This document shows positions 1 to 10,734 of a stretch of 53,860 nucleotides of DNA, one piece after another; the first letter of the stretch is position 1; each line of letters starts with the position of its first letter. The stretch is taken from NCBI GenBank assembly GCA_964469875.1, contig CAYYAA010000001.1:1-53860 (forward strand), read 5' to 3'. Source of the DNA: an uncultured Bacteroides sp. GTDB taxonomy: Bacteria > Bacteroidota > Bacteroidia > Bacteroidales > Muribaculaceae. The position numbers were made by a program, and so were the translations under genes. Under the pieces are notes generated by a model. The model saw only the letters and a program-made list of their open reading frames with translations, was not told the origin of the DNA and did not search any database.

Positions 1-1
1 C

Positions 2-283
2 ATCGAAATCCCTTATATTCCCACACTAAGCGAAGGCAACACTGTAAATGAGACAGTAAATGAGACAGTAAATGAGACAGTAAATGAGACAGTAAATGAG
101 ACAGTAAAATCAGTACTGATACATATCAAAGAAAATCCCCAAATAACGCAACGCGAACTTTGCAATGTTCTTGGAAAATCAAGAGCCACTATAACTCGAG
201 CTCTCAGACAGTTACAAAAGAAAGGTTTATTAGTTCGTGTTGGTCCGGATAAAGGAGGTCATTGGGAGGTGACTGAATCATGA
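2..283 (+). CDS. 3' end (partial) of a protein with a C-terminal winged-HTH domain (Fic or ATP-binding/RecG-C-like type) and a (VNET)n linker
   Basis: Not in the ORF track. My frame-2 translation: IEIPYIPTLSEGNTVNETVNETVNETVNETVNETVKSVLIHIKENPQITQRELCNVLGKSRATITRALRQLQKKGLLVRVGPDKGGHWEVTES*, stop TGA 281-283. The NPxIT..EL...R.GPDKGGHWEV tail is typical of these wHTH domains. Confidence 0.8.
   Translation: MEIPYIPTLSEGNTVNETVNETVNETVNETVNETVKSVLIHIKENPQITQRELCNVLGKSRATITRALRQLQKKGLLVRVGPDKGGHWEVTES
44..108 (+). repeat. In-frame 12-bp tandem repeat (GTAAATGAGACA)x5 plus partial GTAAA
   Basis: Perfect copies at 44-55, 56-67, 68-79, 80-91, 92-103. Confidence 0.97.
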
Positions 284-396
284 TTATACGTATAGTACTG
301 GGGGGCATAGTTTTTGAGTTGATAAATGTAACATCGGTTATGCCATAATTCTATTATTTTTGCTTAAATTTGCGGCATAATCATCTGAAACAAAAA

Positions 397-2139
397 ATGC
401 GAACTTACTTTTTCACTCTCTTAATAGCTTTGTGTTGCTTGGCTGCTGTTGCTGTTGAGCCTTCGGGTTCATTACCGATTATGTATATCAATACCGCAAA
501 CTCGGCAAGCATCACAAGTAGAGACTCTTATGTAGATGCAACATATTATCTTGACCCCAAAGGACACGATGACATCGAGGCCATCGGCTCTAAAGATAAC
601 CAGTTGGCAATGCAGATACGCGGTCGCGGCAACTACACATGGACGAGCTTTGACAAGAAACCTTACCGCATCAAATTAGACAAGAAGGCGGCACTGCTCG
701 GCATGACAAAAAGCAAGCACTTCGCACTCCTCGCCCATGCAGATGACAACCGCGGTTTTATGCGCAATGCCGTAGGTTTGGAACTAAGTCGTCTTATCGG
801 CATGAATTGGACTCCGGATGATAAGCCCGTTGAGGTGGTTCTTAACGGCAAATACATTGGCTTATATTTCTTGACTGAGACTATCCGCGTTGACAAAGAC
901 CGCGTGAACATAGTCGAACAAGCCGACAACACGACTAACGCTGACTCTATCAGCGGCGGCTGGCTTGTCGAAATTGACAATTATGATTCTGACCCTCATG
1001 TTTCAGTCTATGAAAGTGACAATTCGCATTACAAAATCAACTTCACATATAAGACTCCCGAAGTGCTGTCTGACAAGCAGTCAAGCTATCTTAAGGAGCA
1101 AATGACAAAGCTAAACTCACTCATTTATGCGTCAGACAAGAGCAATTGCAAGTGGGCTGCCATGGTTGACCTTGACGATTTGGCTAAGTATTACATTGTG
1201 CAAGAGTTAGTCGATGATTATGAATCATTCCACGGCAGTTGCTTCCTTTATAAGGACTTAGGCTCAGATGAGAAATGGCATTTCGGACCGGTCTGGGACT
1301 TTGGCAGCGCATTTAACTATGACAAGAGCCAATATATCTATCAAGGACGCGAACATCATCAAGTGTGGATTGGCGAGATGTGCAAGTTCTCTGAGTTCTC
1401 AAACCGCGTTAAGGAGATTTGGTGTGACTTTGTATCAGAACATTACGGCGACATTTTGACCTACATGAATGACTATCGCGACGAAATCTCTGCAGCAGCT
1501 ACAAGCGACGCCAAACGATGGCCTCAATACGGCAATTCAGACCTCAAAAGCCGTGTTAACAAGTCAAAGAACCGTCTTAAAGGCGCATTTGAATGGCTTT
1601 GCAAGCAATGGGGCGGAAACATTCCTGACTTTGAGGATGAAGACCAGTCGGTGACAGTCTACTTTGTTGACAACGGCACAACGCCGTGGGATAACGTCCA
1701 CGCTTACGCTTGGGATAACCAAGGTGAGTTGCTGAAGAGCTGGCCCGGAACATCAATGACCTCGACCACTCTCAGCGGCAAGACAGCATGGCAAATCAAG
1801 TTCACTCCGTCACGCGACTTGTCAAGCAATACAGGGCTGATTTTTAACAATTCACACTCCGGCAACGGCAATCAGACTGCCGACTTGCTGTTGGTTAATG
1901 GTGGCATATATAATCGCAACGGCCTTGTCTCAGGTGTCACCATGGTTCAACCTGACGATGTGACTATCAATATATCAAGTCAATCAGGCTCGCTGACAAT
2001 CACCTGCAGCCGAGACAGCAACATCACAGTCACACGCATAGACGGCACTCACTTCACCATTCACGCTACCGCAGGAACGAGCACTTACGCCCTACCTCAC
2101 GGATTTTATATCGTTAATGGCAAGAAATTTGCGCTGTAA
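397..2139 (+). CDS. CotH kinase family protein with a CBM26-like starch-binding module and a probable T9SS-type C-terminal domain
   Basis: CotH motifs RGRGN, KKPYRIKL, YIGLYFLTE, GPVWDF. Signal peptide from ATG 397 (the track's TTG at 370 overlaps a promoter-like TAAATTTG). VYF..W..VHAYAW...WPG..M...LIFNN..QT matches CBM26-like modules. Ends LPHGFYIVNGKKFAL. Confidence 0.85.
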   Translation: MRTYFFTLLIALCCLAAVAVEPSGSLPIMYINTANSASITSRDSYVDATYYLDPKGHDDIEAIGSKDNQLAMQIRGRGNYTWTSFDKKPYRIKLDKKAALLGMTKSKHFALLAHADDNRGFMRNAVGLELSRLIGMNWTPDDKPVEVVLNGKYIGLYFLTETIRVDKDRVNIVEQADNTTNADSISGGWLVEIDNYDSDPHVSVYESDNSHYKINFTYKTPEVLSDKQSSYLKEQMTKLNSLIYASDKSNCKWAAMVDLDDLAKYYIVQELVDDYESFHGSCFLYKDLGSDEKWHFGPVWDFGSAFNYDKSQYIYQGREHHQVWIGEMCKFSEFSNRVKEIWCDFVSEHYGDILTYMNDYRDEISAAATSDAKRWPQYGNSDLKSRVNKSKNRLKGAFEWLCKQWGGNIPDFEDEDQSVTVYFVDNGTTPWDNVHAYAWDNQGELLKSWPGTSMTSTTLSGKTAWQIKFTPSRDLSSNTGLIFNNSHSGNGNQTADLLLVNGGIYNRNGLVSGVTMVQPDDVTINISSQSGSLTITCSRDSNITVTRIDGTHFTIHATAGTSTYALPHGFYIVNGKKFAL

Positions 2140-2155
2140 TATCACCATTTTATTG

Positions 2156-2163
2156 TAACTTTG
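2156..2163 (+). promoter_or_regulatory. Bacteroidetes primary-sigma -7 element for ychF
   Basis: TAACTTTG (TAnnTTTG consensus) about 30 nt upstream of ATG 2192. Confidence 0.6.
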
Positions 2164-2191
2164 CAGACGAATTTAAAACGAACTAAAGAAT

Positions 2192-3295
2192 ATGGCATTA
2201 CAATGCGGCATAGTCGGACTGCCAAACGTAGGCAAATCGACACTTTTCAACTGTCTGTCTAACGCTAAAGCGCAGTCAGCAAACTTCCCTTTTTGCACAA
2301 TCGAGCCTAACGTAGGCGTTATAACCGTTCCCGATGACCGATTGACACGTCTTGTCGAGATGTGCCAACCTCGCTCTGTCGTACCTGCTACGGTTGAAAT
2401 CGTTGACATCGCAGGCTTGGTTAAAGGCGCATCTAAGGGCGAAGGTCTCGGCAACAAATTCCTCGCTAACATCCGCGAGACTGATGCTATCCTCCACGTG
2501 CTCCGTTGCTTTGACGATGACAACATCACTCACGTTGACGGCTCGGTTAACCCTGTCCGTGACAAAGAGATTATTGACTATGAGCTTCAACTCAAAGACC
2601 TCGAAACAGTTGATGCGCGTATCGCTAAGACTCAAAAGGCAGCACAAACAGGCGGTGACAAACTCGCCAAAATGCAATATGAAGTTTTAAGACAAATCAA
2701 GGAGGCTCTCGACAAAGGTCTTCCCGCTCGCTCTGTGAAGTTTGAAACTCCCGACGAGCAGAAATTCTATCGCGAATTATTCTTGCTAACCTCTAAGCCC
2801 GTGCTTTACGTCTGCAACGTAGACGATGCATCGGCAGCTACCGGCAACAAATATGTTGAGCAAGTGCGCGAGGCTATAAAGGGCGAAGATGCTTCACTCC
2901 TTATCGTTGCAGCTCAGACCGAAAGCGAAATTGCCGAGCTTGACACTTATGAGGAACGTCAAGAGTTCCTCGCTGAGATTGGGCTACAAGAATCAGGCGT
3001 CGCTCGTCTTATCCGCGCAGCTTATGCCCTACTCGACCTTCAGACTTACTTCACAGCAGGGCCTGACGAGGTTAGAGCATGGACATTCATCCGCGGTTCA
3101 AAAGCTCCGAAGTGCGCAGGTATCATCCACACCGACTTTGAGAAAGGCTTTATCCGTGCCGAGGTTATCAAATATGATGACTACGTGTCTCTCGGTGGTG
3201 AAAATGCTGTCCGCGAAGCCGGAAAGCTCTCTGTCGAAGGCAAGGAGTATGTCGTTCAAGACGGTGACATCATGCACTTCAGATTTAACGTATAA
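2192..3295 (+). CDS. ychF: Redox-regulated ATPase YchF
   Basis: [29 protein letters not shown]-terminal TGS domain ending FRFNV. Confidence 0.98.
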   Translation: MALQCGIVGLPNVGKSTLFNCLSNAKAQSANFPFCTIEPNVGVITVPDDRLTRLVEMCQPRSVVPATVEIVDIAGLVKGASKGEGLGNKFLANIRETDAILHVLRCFDDDNITHVDGSVNPVRDKEIIDYELQLKDLETVDARIAKTQKAAQTGGDKLAKMQYEVLRQIKEALDKGLPARSVKFETPDEQKFYRELFLLTSKPVLYVCNVDDASAATGNKYVEQVREAIKGEDASLLIVAAQTESEIAELDTYEERQEFLAEIGLQESGVARLIRAAYALLDLQTYFTAGPDEVRAWTFIRGSKAPKCAGIIHTDFEKGFIRAEVIKYDDYVSLGGENAVREAGKLSVEGKEYVVQDGDIMHFRFNV

Positions 3296-3308
3296 TCAGA
3301 CTCATAGC

Positions 3309-3368
3309 TCAGATAACAATAAAAAGGCTCGCCTCAGTAACGTGGCGAGCCTTTTTATTATTATCTGA
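3309..3368. terminator. Bidirectional intrinsic terminator between convergent ychF and galE
   Basis: 25-bp inverted repeat with 1 mismatch: TCAGATAACAATAAAAAGGCTCGCC / GGCGAGCCTTTTTATTATTATCTGA, A/T tracts on both sides. Confidence 0.88.
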
Positions 3369-3376
3369 CGTGGCTA

Positions 3377-4414
3377 TTACATGATGCCTTTTTCGCGGAG
3401 GTGGAGTTGCCACTTCCAAGCTGAAGCCATAGTGTCAGCCAACGGAGTCTTTGCTGTCCAACCTAATACGGTATTTGCGCGTGTCGGGTCAGCCCAAACC
3501 TTCTCAATATCGCCTTCGCGACGTGCTGTAATCTTATGAGGAACTTTCACACCGGTTGCGCTTTCAAACGCATTGATAAGTTCGAGAACTGAGACACCGC
3601 GACCTGTGCCAAGGTTAAAGATTTCAACAGGCTCTGCTGTCTTATCTTCAACGAGACGCTCAACGGCAGTAACATGAGCTTTTGCGAGGTCAACAACGTC
3701 GATAAAGTCACGGATGCAAGTGCCGTCAGGAGTGTTATAGTCGTCACCAAACACGCTGAGCTCTTTGCGGATGCCCATAGCTGTTTGGGTTAAATAAGGC
3801 ACAAGGTTTTGAGGAACACCGTTGGGAAGTTCGCCGATGAGAGCTGTCGGGTGAGCACCTACGGGGTTGAAGTAGCGCAAAATGATGCTGCGGTATGGCG
3901 CACCTGAAGCTACAGCGTCAGTGATGATTTCCTCGCTGATTTGTTTGGTGTTGCCATAAGGAGATGTAGCCTTCTTGATAGGTGTGTTCTCGGTCACAGG
4001 ATTAACATCGGGCTCACCATAGACGGTGCATGATGAAGAGAAGACAATGCCCTTAACGCCGTTTTCACCCATAAGGTCAAGGAGATTAAGCAAAGTCACG
4101 AGGTTGTTGCGATAATAGAGCAACGGCTTTTGGACAGATTCGCCGACAGCCTTGCTTGCCGCAAAGTTGATGATACCCTTAATGTCGGGATATTTAGCGA
4201 ATAGGTCACGGAGTGTTTTGATGCAGGTGCAGTCACCCTCAATGAAGTCGGGTCGAACACCGGTAATGGCTTCGATACCATCGAGTGAATCAGCAGTACT
4301 ATTGCTCAAATTGTCAATGATGACTACTTGGTAGCCGGCATTGATAAGTTCAACGCAGGTGTGTGAACCGATATAGCCGGTGCCACCTGTTACTAAGATA
4401 CGTTGTTTTTTCAT
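3377..4414 (-). CDS. galE: UDP-glucose 4-epimerase
   Basis: GGTGYIGSH, KAVGES, YGNTK (YxxxK), LRYFNP, DGTCIRDFI. Confidence 0.97.
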   Translation of the reverse strand: MKKQRILVTGGTGYIGSHTCVELINAGYQVVIIDNLSNSTADSLDGIEAITGVRPDFIEGDCTCIKTLRDLFAKYPDIKGIINFAASKAVGESVQKPLLYYRNNLVTLLNLLDLMGENGVKGIVFSSSCTVYGEPDVNPVTENTPIKKATSPYGNTKQISEEIITDAVASGAPYRSIILRYFNPVGAHPTALIGELPNGVPQNLVPYLTQTAMGIRKELSVFGDDYNTPDGTCIRDFIDVVDLAKAHVTAVERLVEDKTAEPVEIFNLGTGRGVSVLELINAFESATGVKVPHKITARREGDIEKVWADPTRANTVLGWTAKTPLADTMASAWKWQLHLREKGIM

Positions 4415-4444
4415 GTCTTTTGTTGTGGGTTTTGTATATTGATT

Positions 4445-6301
4445 TTATTTATTTTGTTTTTCTCCTTGTCTAATGACGTGCATTTCGCAATTGCGGCAGT
4501 CAAATTCGAGACGGAATATTCCTGCTGGCGCACGCAGTTGCAGGTCACTCGGCAGTTTTGACGCTTGGGACGTTTTGAGACAAGCGTCAAGCTCTCGTCT
4601 AAGACAATAGCGCGTTGTCATAACCACCACGTCTTTTTGTCGCGAAGGCGCATCGACTTCAATAGCTTTCTCCTTGATTTTTGCGCCATGCGATTTATAG
4701 AAGTCAAAGGCAGCGCGATTGCTAACATTGTCGTGATAAGTCAGCGTCAAACCGTCAAACGCATCGTCAGCGAGTTGTGACGGTCGGCGACGGTCATATT
4801 TATATGTGGCACGTTGGGCCGAATCGAGCAAGTCAGTAGCGCGTCGGCGCAGCTCGGTGATAGTCGAAGCGGCGATGAAGCGATTGCCTGCCAAGTCTGT
4901 CAAGCTGTTAAGACGGTAAACTGTTGCGCCAAGTTTTGCGAGAATTCGTTGACGGTTGGCTTCTTGCGGAGTATTCGCCTCAGCGAAGTCAGAATCTATT
5001 GTGGCGGTGACTCTATTACCTCGCTCGTCATCTGCATCAAGAGCAATGCGATGATTGTCAATGTTGCGAAGTGTAAAGTTCACGGCTATTGTGCGCGTTG
5101 CGGTCTTGCCCTGCATCATATCATCCCACAGCTTGTCGCTATTGCGATACAGCGTAGCGCCCGGCTCAATGTCAACGGCTGACGCAGGGAAAAGTTTGCG
5201 ACCGTCAACACGGTTGAGACGGAAGCCGGTGAACTGTCCTTGCTTATCAAAGTAGCCGAGACCGTCACCGTTGGCGAGCGTTGCGGTGAGCTTTGCTGTT
5301 ATGACTTGTGACGATGCGTTGATGACAGTGCCGACCTCTGCGCCGACCCATTTCGGCGTGGCATGGTTGCCCATAGTGACACCGGGAGCAGGTCTGCCGT
5401 TGAGGAAGTAATCAGTGAAGCCGCGGTTAAAGGATTTCTCCGGCGATGGAGTGAATGTGAACTCTGACTTGCCAAAGGATGCGCGGCAATAGCGACCGTC
5501 TGATTGGTCAATCACACCGTCAAGTGATTTGCGATATGCAGCGACGATATTCTTGACGTAATTGACATCCTTGAGACGACCTTCGATTTTGAAAGACCTT
5601 ATTCCGGCATCTGCCAAGTCAGCAAGACGGTCAATGCGGTTCATGTCGCGCAAAGATAGCAAGTGCTGACCTTGTTTGATGACCTTACCGTTCTTGTCTG
5701 TGAGGTCATAAGCCAAGCGGCACATCTGAGCACATTCGCCACGGTTGGCACTGCGACCTGTCGCGAGTTGGCTCGCTTGACAGTTGCCGCTATAGCTGAC
5801 ACATAGTGCGCCATGGACAAAGCCTTCAAGTGGCACTGTCGTGACTTCTTTGATTTGACGTATCTCATTGAGGCTCAACTCGCGAGCGAGAACGATTTGT
5901 GAGAATCCCGACTGCTCGAGACGCTGTGCCTTGTCAGGTGTGCGCGTATCGCATTGTGTGCTTGAATGTAAGGCTATCGGCGGCAGATTGAGTTTGAGAT
6001 ATGCCATATCTTGAACAATCAGACCGTCAACTCCGATGCGATAAAGCTCATCAACAATTGCCTGAACCTCTGACAATTCATCGTCATATAATATTGTGTT
6101 TAGCGTGACATAGATTTTCACTCCGAATGGATGAGCAAAATCTACGGCACGTTTTATATCATCAATCGAGTTTGTAGCGGCAGCACGCGCGCCAAAAGCC
6201 GGAGCGCCGATGTAAATTGCATCAGCACCGTGCTTGATAGCTTCGATGGCAATGTCGGCGTTGCGAGCCGGAGCAAGTAATTCGAGTGGTGTAGAGCTCA
6301 T
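4445..6301 (-). CDS. U32 family protein with C-terminal extension (RlhA-like RNA hydroxylation protein)
   Basis: ELLAPA, HGALCVSYSGNC, NRGECAQMCR, KIEGR; 618 aa long form. Confidence 0.88.
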   Translation of the reverse strand: MSSTPLELLAPARNADIAIEAIKHGADAIYIGAPAFGARAAATNSIDDIKRAVDFAHPFGVKIYVTLNTILYDDELSEVQAIVDELYRIGVDGLIVQDMAYLKLNLPPIALHSSTQCDTRTPDKAQRLEQSGFSQIVLARELSLNEIRQIKEVTTVPLEGFVHGALCVSYSGNCQASQLATGRSANRGECAQMCRLAYDLTDKNGKVIKQGQHLLSLRDMNRIDRLADLADAGIRSFKIEGRLKDVNYVKNIVAAYRKSLDGVIDQSDGRYCRASFGKSEFTFTPSPEKSFNRGFTDYFLNGRPAPGVTMGNHATPKWVGAEVGTVINASSQVITAKLTATLANGDGLGYFDKQGQFTGFRLNRVDGRKLFPASAVDIEPGATLYRNSDKLWDDMMQGKTATRTIAVNFTLRNIDNHRIALDADDERGNRVTATIDSDFAEANTPQEANRQRILAKLGATVYRLNSLTDLAGNRFIAASTITELRRRATDLLDSAQRATYKYDRRRPSQLADDAFDGLTLTYHDNVSNRAAFDFYKSHGAKIKEKAIEVDAPSRQKDVVVMTTRYCLRRELDACLKTSQASKLPSDLQLRAPAGIFRLEFDCRNCEMHVIRQGEKQNK

Positions 6302-6304
6302 GTG

Positions 6305-7141
6305 TTATCTGAGTGAATTTAGGCTGTCAATAAGTTGGAATGCATAGTCACGTGAAGCGTCAATCAACTCGGTGTAGTGAGCATCGCTGTTGACGATAAT
6401 CTTGACACCGGCTTTCAGCAAACGCGGCAAGTAACATTCAGCAGGGAATATGCGACGATGTTCGCGGCGCGCCTTGGTGTTGATTTCTACCGTCAACTGA
6501 TTTTCGATAATTAGGTCGATAAGAGTGTTCACTCGCTTTTTAAACCACGGCTCATCCTCGATGGCTTGCTTGAAGCAGGTGGCATTCTGCGAGATTTTAT
6601 CAAAGTGACCCATCACCTCAAATCCTCCGGCTTTAATCATCGCTTCCGAGCGGTCAAAGAATGTATTGACAACATACTCAATGTCGTTGTCAAACTCCTC
6701 CTCCATCTTTGTTTTGAAGTGCTCAAATCGACCGTCAATGTCTATCATCTTGCCCTCTCGGTTGGGAATAAAGTGAACCGAACCGATTATATAATCGAGC
6801 GGCAATTGCTTGAAGAACTCATGAGACGGACCCCAAAAGTCTCCGAGATAGTCAACTTCCATGCCAAGAAAGAAGCGACAATCCTTGCCGTATGTGCAGC
6901 AAATGCGATTATATTCGTCAATGTAATCGTCAACTGATTCAGCCGACATATTGCAAGAAGACTCGATTGGAATTGGACTGTGCGGAGTGAAACCATAGTA
7001 CCTAAAGCCGGCAGCTATGGCTGCTTTGGCGAAAGCATCCATAGTTGCACGACCGTCACAGAACTGAGTGTGACTGTGGAAATTGTATTTACGTTCATCG
7101 CCGATAATGTCGGCGGGGTTTATGCGCTTATGCGCGTTCAT
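6305..7141 (-). CDS. PHP-domain histidinol-phosphatase (HisJ/HisK family)
   Basis: HSHT..CDG, GMEVDY, IGSVH, GHFD, EINT, NSDAH metal-binding motifs. Confidence 0.88.
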   Translation of the reverse strand: MNAHKRINPADIIGDERKYNFHSHTQFCDGRATMDAFAKAAIAAGFRYYGFTPHSPIPIESSCNMSAESVDDYIDEYNRICCTYGKDCRFFLGMEVDYLGDFWGPSHEFFKQLPLDYIIGSVHFIPNREGKMIDIDGRFEHFKTKMEEEFDNDIEYVVNTFFDRSEAMIKAGGFEVMGHFDKISQNATCFKQAIEDEPWFKKRVNTLIDLIIENQLTVEINTKARREHRRIFPAECYLPRLLKAGVKIIVNSDAHYTELIDASRDYAFQLIDSLNSLR

Positions 7142-7156
7142 ATATTATCTATTTAG

Positions 7157-8608
7157 TTAATAATCTATTTCTTTCATGACCTTACCTGCGCGCAACAGTT
7201 TGAGGTATCTGAAGAACAGCGCAAGGAAAATCACAGCTACCACCACCGCAGCGCTCAGAGCCACATTAATGCCGAGGCCAAAGCCTTCAGGTGTCGGCGC
7301 AAACAAGACGTAGGTCACGCACACCAAAGTCATAAACACGGCAGGGATAAGCGTGATGATATATGCTTTATGCTTGCGCGCGAGGTAGACGGTGCAAGCC
7401 CAGAGTGTCACCATTGCCATTGTCTGATTGCACCATGCGAAGTAACGCCACAGCGTGTTGAAGTTTATCATCATGATGATAAATGTAACGGCAAAGAGCG
7501 GCAACGCAATTATCAGTCTCTTGACAATTGTCTTTTGACTGAAGTGCATAAAGTCGGCAGCGATAAGACGAGCCGAGCGCAATGCCGTATCGCCTGATGT
7601 GATAGGCGCAGCCACTACACCAAGTATAGCCAAAATGCCACCGGCAACGCCAAGCCATGTGATAGACACATCATGCACGAGCGCTCCGGCATCATGACCG
7701 CTTGCCATATATTCTTTAAGACCGTCATAGCCACCGGTGAAAGTCACAGCGGCAGCAGCCCAAATCAAAGCAACTATGCCCTCGACAACCATTGCGCCAT
7801 AAAAGACGGGACGCGCCAACTTCTCATTCTTCAGACAACGAGCCATCATCGGCGATTGTGTAGCGTGGAAGCCTGAAATAGCGCCGCAAGCAATGCTGAC
7901 AAACATCATCGGGAACACAGGGTGGCTGTCATTGCCATAGTGACTTGTGAATGTATCGTTGAATGTCACCGGGATTGTGACATCGCCAAAGAGCATCACA
8001 CCAAGCAAACCTGCCGCCATAAACAGCAACGCTACACCAAAGATTGGATAGATATTGCCGATAATCTTATCTATGGGCAACAAAGTGGCAAGAATGTAAT
8101 ATGCAAATATAATGAACACCCAGAATGTGCTGTCAAGCGACTCAGGTGTCATTGAGGCTATAAGTCCGGCAGGTGTGATAACGAACACAGCGGCAACAAG
8201 CAAGAGCAGCACGATAGAGAACGCGCGCATTACCTGCTTGACTGTTATGCCAAGCTCGTGACCGATAATTTCAGGTAGCGAATAGCCGCCGCTTCTCACA
8301 GAAATCATTGCTGATATAAAGTCATGGACAGCACCACCGAAGATAGTTCCGGCAACAATCCAGACGAAAGCCGCAGGGCCATACATGATGCCCATGATAG
8401 CGCCGAAAATCGGGCCAAGGCCTGCGATGTTAAGAAATTGGATGAGGAAGACCTTCCACGTTGGCAGTGGCACATAGTCAACACCATCTTGTTTGGAATA
8501 GGCAGGCATCAGACGTTTGGGGTCGATGCCAAAGACACGTTCTACCAACAAACCATAGAATATGTATCCTATGATTAATGCTGATAATGAAAGCAGGAAA
8601 GCAGTCAT
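7157..8608 (-). CDS. cstA: Carbon starvation protein A family transporter
   Basis: DGVDYVP, IAGLGPIFG, GAVHD, IACGAISGFHATQS; multiple TM helices. Confidence 0.9.
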   Translation of the reverse strand: MTAFLLSLSALIIGYIFYGLLVERVFGIDPKRLMPAYSKQDGVDYVPLPTWKVFLIQFLNIAGLGPIFGAIMGIMYGPAAFVWIVAGTIFGGAVHDFISAMISVRSGGYSLPEIIGHELGITVKQVMRAFSIVLLLLVAAVFVITPAGLIASMTPESLDSTFWVFIIFAYYILATLLPIDKIIGNIYPIFGVALLFMAAGLLGVMLFGDVTIPVTFNDTFTSHYGNDSHPVFPMMFVSIACGAISGFHATQSPMMARCLKNEKLARPVFYGAMVVEGIVALIWAAAAVTFTGGYDGLKEYMASGHDAGALVHDVSITWLGVAGGILAILGVVAAPITSGDTALRSARLIAADFMHFSQKTIVKRLIIALPLFAVTFIIMMINFNTLWRYFAWCNQTMAMVTLWACTVYLARKHKAYIITLIPAVFMTLVCVTYVLFAPTPEGFGLGINVALSAAVVVAVIFLALFFRYLKLLRAGKVMKEIDY

Positions 8609-8655
8609 GGTTGTTTAGTAAGTTTAAGTACAGTGTATTATGAAATATGATTGGT

Positions 8656-10062
8656 TTAATATCGTTCTAATCTGATAATAGCATTAGATAGTTGCGCTTC
8701 CGAGAGTTGTTGCGCTTCAAGTTGGTCTTCGAGAGTATGTATTTCGTCAGTCACCGAGTGGTCACCGGTGGCGTAGGCTTTGCGCAAGGTGGCGAGACGC
8801 GATTCAGTCTCGTCAAGCTCATCCCACAGATTGAGCAATTCCTCCATCTGTTCACGCGCTTGGTCATTGTGGAAGTCGCTGAGTTTATGATATACGGTGT
8901 GGCCGTCGCCCATAGACAAGCGGAAAGTCACGCTGTCATAGCTTGAACCATCTTCGCCCACTTGGTCTAAGGCTGTGCGGGAGAGAGCCAAGAGCTCCGA
9001 ATAGTCTTTCTCACTGTCTTGCGTAGCTGCGATTGAGCTTATGCGAGCACGAGCAATGAGAGCATCTTCATCGTCAGTATCGCAGTTGGTGCGCTTATCC
9101 GGTTGCTCAAAGACATAGATTGTGACCTTTCCGGGGATGTGATTACGATCTGTAGCCCACCAGCCGATGCCGTGTGTCTCATCAATGGCGAGCATATAGT
9201 CATCAGCAGGCGAGTTAAAAGGCATACCGACATTCTGCGCTTGCAAGAAACCGTTATCGCTGCGGCGTGACATGAAGATATCATAACCGCCGATAGAGCC
9301 TTCGCCATCAGATGCAAAATACAGAGTCATACCGTCAGCCAACATAAAGGGGTAATTGGCATTTCCGCCATTGCCAAAGTCGGCATTAAGTTCTGTTTGG
9401 TGGTCTAACGAGCCATTATCGAGGACTCCCGCCTCCATGATTCGAGACTTGCCATTATCACCGGGCTCAGCCCAGATTATCTCCTTGCCACTCGCCGGGG
9501 AGTAGATAATGGTTGCATTCTCAATATCAATCTCATCAGAAGTCGCGATGCGACCGGCATCCTTTGACAAGTTATAATGTTTGAAGAAATCAGCAGCGTT
9601 GACAGTCATAGAGTCAATCACAGCAATATTCTCGACACGCTCAAGCATATTTGACATTGCCGTAATTTGTTCATCAAGGCGCGTATATTCCTCAGACTCT
9701 TGGCGTTTAGACTTACGCAACTGAGTAGCCCATTTTTTCATGTGGTTAGACGCATCGTCGAGGCGATATTCATCAACGGCGATTTGTGCCAACAAATGCG
9801 AAGCATCAGCGACACCGGCATTCTCGGCAATTGTCAGCGGAGCTTTAGCTTCAGCAAATTTATAGAGTTCAAAATATGATGCTCCGAGATAGTAGTTGAC
9901 ATTACCATCTTTGGGAGATTTTTGTTTTAGAGTATTAAGTCGCTTAACAGCAGCAGTATAATTGCCGTTATTATATAATTTTTTGGCTTCGTCTAAAGGT
10001 GCGGCAACGATAGAAAGAGTTGCCGTAGCAGCTATAATGTAAGATAAAAATCTGCGGTTCAT
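8656..10062 (-). CDS. Exported TPR + PD40-repeat protein (PorW-like; T9SS link tentative)
   Basis: Signal peptide, N-terminal TPRs, PD40 motifs YFASDG..SIGGYDIFMS and NVGMPFNSPADDY, coiled-coil C-terminus. Confidence 0.65.
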   Translation of the reverse strand: MNRRFLSYIIAATATLSIVAAPLDEAKKLYNNGNYTAAVKRLNTLKQKSPKDGNVNYYLGASYFELYKFAEAKAPLTIAENAGVADASHLLAQIAVDEYRLDDASNHMKKWATQLRKSKRQESEEYTRLDEQITAMSNMLERVENIAVIDSMTVNAADFFKHYNLSKDAGRIATSDEIDIENATIIYSPASGKEIIWAEPGDNGKSRIMEAGVLDNGSLDHQTELNADFGNGGNANYPFMLADGMTLYFASDGEGSIGGYDIFMSRRSDNGFLQAQNVGMPFNSPADDYMLAIDETHGIGWWATDRNHIPGKVTIYVFEQPDKRTNCDTDDEDALIARARISSIAATQDSEKDYSELLALSRTALDQVGEDGSSYDSVTFRLSMGDGHTVYHKLSDFHNDQAREQMEELLNLWDELDETESRLATLRKAYATGDHSVTDEIHTLEDQLEAQQLSEAQLSNAIIRLERY

Positions 10063-10160
10063 TATTTAGTGTCTGTTTAAACATTCAAAATTACAAAAAA
10101 TTCTTATAATAATGAGTGCAAAGCCAAATGTTATAACACAATTTGGCAATTGTAGACACT

Positions 10161-10195
10161 AAAAAACCGAGTTCATCTCAGAGACGGCTCGGTTT
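10161..10195 (-). terminator. Probable intrinsic terminator for the small wHTH gene
   Basis: Minus strand AAACCGAGCC...AACTCGGTTTTTT hairpin followed by a U-tract. Confidence 0.6.
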
Positions 10196-10310
10196 AATTG
10201 TTTCTTACGGCAAAAAAGTGTGCGGTAAGTGATGAGTTCAATAAAAATCTGCTTTACGGATGCAGATTTCTCGCAACTTTCAGTAGGAATACTAAAAGAA
10301 TAGACAATAA

Positions 10311-10520
10311 TCAAATAAGGGTAACGATAAACTCTTTTTCATCCTTAGGATCAGGCTCGATATTCACTTTGCCTTCACGAGCAAGCCAGCCGATAGCTGC
10401 ATACACGTCCTTGTCCTTGAGTTTTGTTTCCTTACGGAGTTGTTTGATAGTGAGACCATTTGTCTCATTGAGAGCAACCCATACAGTTCCGGCGTTTACG
10501 CCGATTACTTCTACATTCAT
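10311..10520 (-). CDS. Small winged-helix protein (DUF2582 type)
   Basis: IGxNAGxVW...L...AIGWLAREGKV signature; TAAATTTG promoter element on the minus strand at 10583-10590. Confidence 0.85.
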   Translation of the reverse strand: MNVEVIGVNAGTVWVALNETNGLTIKQLRKETKLKDKDVYAAIGWLAREGKVNIEPDPKDEKEFIVTLI

Positions 10521-10734
10521 TTTACCTTAAATTTAGTTGTTTTGTAAAACAGTTAATAAATAGTCATAAATCAAATTCGCGGCAAATTTAATAAAAAAAT
10601 CAAACATGCGCCAAATTTTAGCTAATTTAATTTAATTTGTAACTAAATTGTGACTATTATTTGAACTAATGACTAACATTTAAGCTAATTATTCTAATTA
10701 TTTAGTTTATTATTGCCAACTCAAAAAAAAATGC

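Noticed and set aside
44-108. Repeat array as CRISPR or iterons
   Set aside because: Units are contiguous 12-mers without spacers and lie in frame within a CDS; no cas or rep genes.
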